This document shows, piece by piece, positions 58,452-64,000 of a stretch of DNA of 64,000 nt. Every line of letters begins with the position of its first letter. The first letter of the stretch is position 1. The translations under genes and the position numbers were made by a program. The DNA is from Candidatus Heimdallarchaeota archaeon. Its GTDB lineage: Archaea; Asgardarchaeota; Heimdallarchaeia; Heimdallarchaeales; Heimdallarchaeaceae. Under the pieces are notes generated by a model. That model was not told where the DNA came from, did no database searches, and saw nothing but the letters and a program-made list of their open reading frames with translations. The DNA lies in NCBI GenBank assembly GCA_016839945.1, contig JAEOTE010000090.1:44399-108398 (forward strand). Reading direction: 5' to 3'.

Positions 58452-60212
58452 ATGGATAAAAGTGTAGCAATTTCACTTAAAATTGTTGGGTTTCTCTTGT
58501 TATTAGTATCTGCATTCATACCTTTATATTCAATTAACTTTGATTCACAGCCTGCATCAATAGCTGGAACACATAATGATCCGGCCAATTTAGTAGGAAC
58601 CAACGGAACCTTGGTTCGAGTGTTAGGCTTTAGAATTGAATATAAAGTTTTGTCATTTTCCAGTGTAACTAACAAGACAAGTGAAAATCTTCTATCATCA
58701 GAAGTACCAAGTAGTATAGTGATTCTTTCTGCTGCAATATGGTTTATACTAATTTTTGCTATTTTGGCTACAGTTTTAGGACAAGTTTTTCAAAGTGGAG
58801 GTTTCAAGTCAAGAGGAACAGTTGCTGATATCGCAGCTGCAATTTTATTCCTCTGTGGACTAATTGCTTCAATCATTAGTATGAATCGGACGATTTTCAT
58901 TGCTGCGGAAAGATATCAAGCAGCAGTGACGGGGCAATCTGCATCTACGATAAATCTTAATCCAATTACTTTTAATCCAAATGATAATACCCCTTCATAT
59001 TTCGATATAGGACTTGCAGGATCAATAAGTCCTGGTTTCTATATATATATAATAGGCATTCTTATTTTGGTCACAGGTATTTTCCTTCCAGTTGACTGGC
59101 AAAAAACAGCCGGAACTGAAATGGGGAGAAGACTAGGAGAAAACACTGTCGTTAGATGGATTAAGACTGTTGCAGGATTGAGATTAACAACTTATATTAC
59201 ACGTCGTCTTTTAACACTTATTCCTCTATTTATAGCAATATGTGTCATGACGTTTGTAATGGTTAGCGGTATGGGAGATCCTGTATCACTGATGTTGTTA
59301 GGAAAACAACGAGCAACGGAACAAGATAGAATAAACCTCACGCGTAAGCTTGGTTTGGATCAACCAGTATATGTTCAATTTATGATGTGGTTCTACAATC
59401 TGATACAAGGTGATATGGGGCAATCTTTCACTTCTGGACAACCAATAAACAGTATAATAGGTGGTTTAATTTGGGAAACATTAAAACTTCAATTAGCAGC
59501 TTATGTTATTGCATTGGTTACTTCAATTCCTTTGGGAGTTATAGCAGCTAAAAATCAAAATACATGGATTGATTCTTCTGCAAGTGCTTTTGCTCTTTTG
59601 GCTCAATCTATGCCAATATTTGTCTTTGGTTTATTACTCATTTATATTTTCAGTGGTTATGGATTGGGATGGTTCCCAGCAGCTAAAGCTCACAAAGTAC
59701 CTGCGCCTACGCCAGTATTTAGTTCGGAAACGGTTGGCCTATTCTTTTCAGGCCAGATGGGCGCGTGGTGGGCAAGTGTTTCAGAAAGGTTACTTGACTC
59801 AATCATGCACATGGTTCTGCCTACAATTACTTTAGCTTTCAACTTTATGGCTCTTTATACTAGATTAGTCAGATCATCAATGTTAGAGGTTCTAAGGCAA
59901 GATTTTATTCTAGCTGCAAGGGCTAATGGTCTATCTGAAAGAGTTGTAACTTGGAAGCATGCATTCCGAAATACTCTCATTCCTGTTGTAACTTTTGTAG
60001 GATTATTCTTAGCTACTGCATTAGCAGGCGCTCCAATAACTGAAACCCTATTTACTTGGCCAGGTTTAGGATACAAGTATATAGTTGCAATTGGATTTCT
60101 AGACTTCCCAATGATATTAGGAACGACGGCAATCCTTACGATATTGATTCTGATTGGAAATCTAGTAACCGATATAGTTTATGTGGCAGTGGACCCACGT
60201 ATAGAGTTATAA
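58452..60212 (+). CDS. oppB: Oligopeptide/dipeptide ABC permease (OppB/DppB) with ~240 aa four-TM N-terminal fusion
   Basis: YITRRLL, GLDQP..VQF, GDMG.S, RLVRSSMLEVL.QDFI..ARANGL, ITETLFTWPGLG, DPRI. Confidence 0.88.
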   Translation: MDKSVAISLKIVGFLLLLVSAFIPLYSINFDSQPASIAGTHNDPANLVGTNGTLVRVLGFRIEYKVLSFSSVTNKTSENLLSSEVPSSIVILSAAIWFILIFAILATVLGQVFQSGGFKSRGTVADIAAAILFLCGLIASIISMNRTIFIAAERYQAAVTGQSASTINLNPITFNPNDNTPSYFDIGLAGSISPGFYIYIIGILILVTGIFLPVDWQKTAGTEMGRRLGENTVVRWIKTVAGLRLTTYITRRLLTLIPLFIAICVMTFVMVSGMGDPVSLMLLGKQRATEQDRINLTRKLGLDQPVYVQFMMWFYNLIQGDMGQSFTSGQPINSIIGGLIWETLKLQLAAYVIALVTSIPLGVIAAKNQNTWIDSSASAFALLAQSMPIFVFGLLLIYIFSGYGLGWFPAAKAHKVPAPTPVFSSETVGLFFSGQMGAWWASVSERLLDSIMHMVLPTITLAFNFMALYTRLVRSSMLEVLRQDFILAARANGLSERVVTWKHAFRNTLIPVVTFVGLFLATALAGAPITETLFTWPGLGYKYIVAIGFLDFPMILGTTAILTILILIGNLVTDIVYVAVDPRIEL

Positions 60213-60228
60213 CAAGGAGATCAACAAA

Positions 60229-61455
60229 ATGCAAAAAACAGCAAAACAAAAGGGATCTTTCTCAAGAAGATTAGATAGTTACATGAAAGAAAAAAGACTC
60301 CCAAAATCAATGACTTGGGCAGGGGTGCTAGCCGTTGGCTGGAAGCACTTCTACTTCAACTTTATCATAGAATTTTTAGTGGCTCTCATTGGATTATTCT
60401 TAGTGCTCGTTTTTACCAACAATCAAGCAATCTACTGGAATATTTTATATGCAGTAGTTTTTTCAGTGGTTTGGATTGGACTAAGAATAGGTTGGAATTA
60501 TATAAGAAAAACTGCTACAAAACAAGAAATAATCATTGCGAAAGACGGAACATTAAGGGAACGAAGTCCTTCCCAATGGACTTTAGTTTGGAGAAGATAC
60601 AAGAAAAACAGAATCGCTGTGCTCTCTGGAGCTATAGTTATTTTGGTGACTATTATTGCCATTGCTTATCCGATTCTCATGCCCTTCAGTCCAGTAGGTA
60701 CAACTCCGCTTTTTGATGCTTGGAATGGTGGAGGTTCATTATCTAATCCTAATCTGAAATATCCTGGAGGAACAGATGTTCTAGGTAGAGATGAATTTTC
60801 AAGAATTCTTGCTGGAAGTGAAGTTTCTCTGACTGTAGGTTTATTCTCCAGTTTTTTGTCAGCGATAATTGGTGTTGCTTTAGGCGCTCTAGCTGGTTAT
60901 TATAGAGGATGGACAGAAGAAATAATCATGAGATTAACTGACATGTTCCTTGCTTTACCTTTTCTTGTTATAGCAATCCTTGCAGTGTCCTTTATACGAA
61001 GAGGAAGATTAGCTTTCCTCAGACAAATACCACAGTCTGTAGTAATTATTATAGTACTGGGAGTTTTTGGATGGGCAGGGCTATGTAGACTGGTAAATGC
61101 AAATACGAAGCAAATCTATAATTTAGACTATGTCAATGCTGCAAGAGTATTAGGAGCTAGTAATAGTAGAATAATTTTAGTACATATACTCCCAAACATC
61201 TTAGCTCCAATTATAGTAATAGTAACACTAGGCATTGCTGGTGGAATACTTGCAGAGGCGGGTTTAACGTTCCTGGGATTAGGAAGCCCAACCACGATAT
61301 CGTGGGGACAAATGGTAAATGAAGCTCAAACGAATCTAAAAACGAACCCCGAATTGGCGTTGCTTCCAGGATTTGCAATATTCTTTGTAGTGTTAGCATT
61401 TAACCTATTAGGAGACGCATTAAGAGATGCGTTAGATCCAAGATTAAGAGAGTAA
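60229..61455 (+). CDS. oppC: Oligopeptide/dipeptide ABC permease (OppC/DppC) with N-terminal extension
   Basis: GTDVLGRD, DYVNAARVLGAS, HILPN, EAGL.FLGLG, GDALRDALDPR. Confidence 0.9.
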   Translation: MQKTAKQKGSFSRRLDSYMKEKRLPKSMTWAGVLAVGWKHFYFNFIIEFLVALIGLFLVLVFTNNQAIYWNILYAVVFSVVWIGLRIGWNYIRKTATKQEIIIAKDGTLRERSPSQWTLVWRRYKKNRIAVLSGAIVILVTIIAIAYPILMPFSPVGTTPLFDAWNGGGSLSNPNLKYPGGTDVLGRDEFSRILAGSEVSLTVGLFSSFLSAIIGVALGALAGYYRGWTEEIIMRLTDMFLALPFLVIAILAVSFIRRGRLAFLRQIPQSVVIIIVLGVFGWAGLCRLVNANTKQIYNLDYVNAARVLGASNSRIILVHILPNILAPIIVIVTLGIAGGILAEAGLTFLGLGSPTTISWGQMVNEAQTNLKTNPELALLPGFAIFFVVLAFNLLGDALRDALDPRLRE

Positions 61456-62486
61456 TGAAAATGAAACCAATATTAGATGTTAGCGAGCTCAGTACTTATT
61501 TCTACACGGAAAGCGGTGTTGTCGAAGCCCTTGATGGTGTTTCCTTCGATGTTAGACCTGGAGAACCTGTTGGTGTTGTAGGTGAATCTGGTTGTGGTAA
61601 AACTGTAACAGGTAAATCCATTCTCCGCATTCTTGATAAGAATGGAAGTATTGTCGCAGGAAAGATATTTTACAAGGGTATTAATTTAGTTGATCTCCCT
61701 GATCTACAAATGCGTAAAATCAGAGGTAAAGAAATTTCCATGATTTTCCAAGATCCTATGACTAGCCTTAATCCTATTTTTAAGGTAGAAGATCAAATGA
61801 TTGAGGTTATTGCTCTTCATAGAAAATGTAAGAAGGATGAAGCTAAACAAATAGCTATAGATTCCCTTGAACTAGTTGGTATTCCAGAAGCTGAAAAAAG
61901 AATAATCGATTACCCCCATCAATTCAGTGGTGGAATGAGACAGCGTATTCTCATTGCAAGAGCTCTAGCTCTACGACCTAGTCTACTAATTGCTGATGAA
62001 CCTACTACAGCTCTCGATGTAACTATTCAAGCTCAAGTTCTTGAAATCATAAAAGAAATGCAACAAAGACTTGGATTAGCAATGATGTTGATCACTCATA
62101 ATCTTGGTGTTGTTGCAGAAATAACTAAACGAGTGCACATTTTTTATGGAGGTAGAGTTGTTGAATCTGGTGCGACAGAAGACATTTTTCTAGATCCAAA
62201 ACATCCCTACACAAGAGCATTGTTTGATAGTATTCCCTCACTAGAAAAAGATAAAACACGTCTTGAAACTATTCCTGGCACTGTACCAAGGTTGATTAAT
62301 CCTCCAAAGGGTTGTCGTTTTCATCCTCGATGTAAATATGCAACTGAGGTTTGTTCCCGCGTACGTCCCCCAGAAATTTCTTTTGGAAAGGAACGTCGTG
62401 TTGCATGTCATCACTTCGAAGAACTTGATTTACACGTTGATGAAGAACTTTTCGTTAAACAGGCCACTGTAAAGGAGGAGGTATGA
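61455..62486 (+). CDS. oppD: Oligopeptide ABC ATPase OppD/DppD
   Basis: GESGCGKT, FQDPMTSLNP, YPHQFSGGMRQR, C-terminal GCRFHPRC. Confidence 0.93.
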   Translation: MKMKPILDVSELSTYFYTESGVVEALDGVSFDVRPGEPVGVVGESGCGKTVTGKSILRILDKNGSIVAGKIFYKGINLVDLPDLQMRKIRGKEISMIFQDPMTSLNPIFKVEDQMIEVIALHRKCKKDEAKQIAIDSLELVGIPEAEKRIIDYPHQFSGGMRQRILIARALALRPSLLIADEPTTALDVTIQAQVLEIIKEMQQRLGLAMMLITHNLGVVAEITKRVHIFYGGRVVESGATEDIFLDPKHPYTRALFDSIPSLEKDKTRLETIPGTVPRLINPPKGCRFHPRCKYATEVCSRVRPPEISFGKERRVACHHFEELDLHVDEELFVKQATVKEEV

Positions 62487-63529
62487 AGATGGTAACAACA
62501 TATGAAGAATATGAAGCTGTAGATCTTTTTGCTGATTGGGACGCTAAAACTCAACCAATAATAAATCTAATTAATCTTAGAAAATGGTTTCCTGTAAGTC
62601 AACAATCTGTTCTGTTTTCTCGAGTGGTTGCACAGATTAAAGCTGTTGACGGAGTTAAACTGTTTCTAAATAAAGGTGAAACTCTAGGATTAGTAGGTGA
62701 ATCTGGTTGTGGTAAAAGTACTACTGCAAGGGTAATAAGCAAACTTGAGGAGCCAACAGAAGGCTCTGTATATTTCAAAGGCATTGATGTCTTTCAGCCA
62801 ATGACTAGAGAAGAAGAACTTTCCATCAAACGTCAATTACAGATGGTTTTCCAAGACCCATATTCAAGCTTAAACCCAAGAAGAATGGTTCTTGATCTCA
62901 TTAAGGAACCATTTGATATACATTATCCTGATATGGCTTATGAAGAAAAAGAATCTAGGGTACTTGAGATTTTAGCAAAAGTAGGATTAGAGGATTATCA
63001 TGCTTTGAGATATCCTCATGAGTTTAGTGGAGGACAACGACAAAGAATAGGTATAGCTCGAGCATTAGCAATACATCCAGAGGTTATCTTGCTTGATGAA
63101 CCAGTATCTGCATTAGATGTATCTGTCCAAGCACAAATCTTGAATCTTCTACATGATCTTCAACTAGATTTTAATTTAACATTCATGTTTATTGCACATG
63201 ATCTTAGTGTAATCAAACATGTCTCAGACAGAGTAGCAGTAATGTATCTAGGTAAGATAATGGAAATGACTCCCACTGGAGATCTATTTCGTAAAACAGC
63301 ACATCCTTATTCTGTATCATTATTATCTGCCATTCCTCGTCCTGATCCACGTATTAAGATGGATCGTATCATTCTAGAAGGAGATGTTCCAAGCCCAATA
63401 AATCCACCCTCAGGATGTCCATTTCACCCAAGATGCTACAAAGCTCAAGAAATATGCAATCAAAAAACACCTATGCTTGAAGAAATTGAACCTGATCATT
63501 ACGTCTCGTGTCATTTCCCTGAAATTTAG
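62483..63529 (+). CDS. oppF: Oligopeptide ABC ATPase OppF/DppF
   Basis: KAVDGV, GESGCGKST, YPHEFSGGQRQRIGIARAL, DEPVSALDVS, GCPFHPRC. Confidence 0.93.
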   Translation: MKMVTTYEEYEAVDLFADWDAKTQPIINLINLRKWFPVSQQSVLFSRVVAQIKAVDGVKLFLNKGETLGLVGESGCGKSTTARVISKLEEPTEGSVYFKGIDVFQPMTREEELSIKRQLQMVFQDPYSSLNPRRMVLDLIKEPFDIHYPDMAYEEKESRVLEILAKVGLEDYHALRYPHEFSGGQRQRIGIARALAIHPEVILLDEPVSALDVSVQAQILNLLHDLQLDFNLTFMFIAHDLSVIKHVSDRVAVMYLGKIMEMTPTGDLFRKTAHPYSVSLLSAIPRPDPRIKMDRIILEGDVPSPINPPSGCPFHPRCYKAQEICNQKTPMLEEIEPDHYVSCHFPEI

Positions 63530-63530
63530 T

Positions 63531-63558
63531 AATTTTCTTTTCTTTTTTTATTTCCTTT
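63531..63558 (+). terminator. T-rich archaeal terminator of the opp operon
   Basis: TTTTCTTTTCTTTTTTTATTT directly after the oppF stop. Confidence 0.5.
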
Positions 63559-64000
63559 TTAGTATCCTTCATTAATGTTTACTGTATTCAGATACTTCTT
63601 TTCTCCTCTTGCAAATTGTGATATGATTTCTATTTGTTCATCCCATCTTCTTAAATCATTCATAGGTGATGCACCTCTGTGAGGTGATAAAACAACATTT
63701 TCTAGCGTATGGAAAGGATAAGATGAGGGATATTTCAAACCTTCAACTGTTGGCTCAGGTTGATAATTATACCAAACATCTATAGCTGCACCAGCAATGA
63801 TTTTTTCACTTAAAGTTTTATACAAACTTTCCTCATCAATTACGGATCCTCTCCCCATATTGACTAAAAGACTATCTTTTCCTAAGAACTTAAGTTCGTT
63901 TATTCCTATCAATCCCTCTGTTTTTTCTGTCAATGGTATAGCAACAATCAAAACATCTATTTCTTTTAGGAAGTGATGTAGTTCATTAATAGTATATTTA
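63559..64000 (-). CDS. D-isomer-specific 2-hydroxyacid dehydrogenase, C-terminal part (truncated by window edge)
   Basis: PLT..T.GLI, LVN.GRG..IDE..L, GAAIDVW, SPH; frame open to the window end. Confidence 0.88.
   Translation of the reverse strand, partial: KYTINELHHFLKEIDVLIVAIPLTEKTEGLIGINELKFLGKDSLLVNMGRGSVIDEESLYKTLSEKIIAGAAIDVWYNYQPEPTVEGLKYPSSYPFHTLENVVLSPHRGASPMNDLRRWDEQIEIISQFARGEKKYLNTVNINEGY

Noticed and set aside
487-62784. Many 60-150 aa ORFs nested in or antisense to confident genes (e.g. 2037-2402, 3594-4058, 37607-37969, 48812-49156, 60315-60716)
   Set aside because: They overlap well-supported CDSs and show no recognisable motifs; treated as shadow ORFs.
1-64000. CRISPR arrays, transposases, rRNA, selenocysteine/frameshift recoding
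   Set aside because: No regularly spaced repeats, IS genes, rRNA-like GC-rich stretches or interrupted genes seen by eye.

Overview
AT-rich, gene-dense archaeal chromosomal window, most likely from an Asgard archaeon (Heimdallarchaeia-like; this is inference). Archaeal markers are egsA, aCPSF1/FttA, eS26, a Nop2-Nip7 pair, a TrmY-like SPOUT enzyme, Trm112 and a BHB-intron tRNA-Arg(TCG). They sit alongside bacterial-type genes (mutS-mutL, uvrB-uvrC, bacterial/eukaryotic-type MetK, DegV) and candidate eukaryote-signature-like proteins (Arf-like, TRAP-alpha-like, Yip1, presenilin). There are about 60 CDSs and two tRNAs; I saw no CRISPR array, integrase or transposase. The most striking feature is a tightly coupled five-gene minus-strand operon at 50441-56356. 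It encodes an Arf-like protein that has lost all GTP-binding motifs, an Rv0958-like AAA+ ATPase, a MIDAS vWA protein, a SpoVR-like pseudo-zincin and a HEAT-repeat protein. All calls come from motifs recognised by eye; no searches were run.
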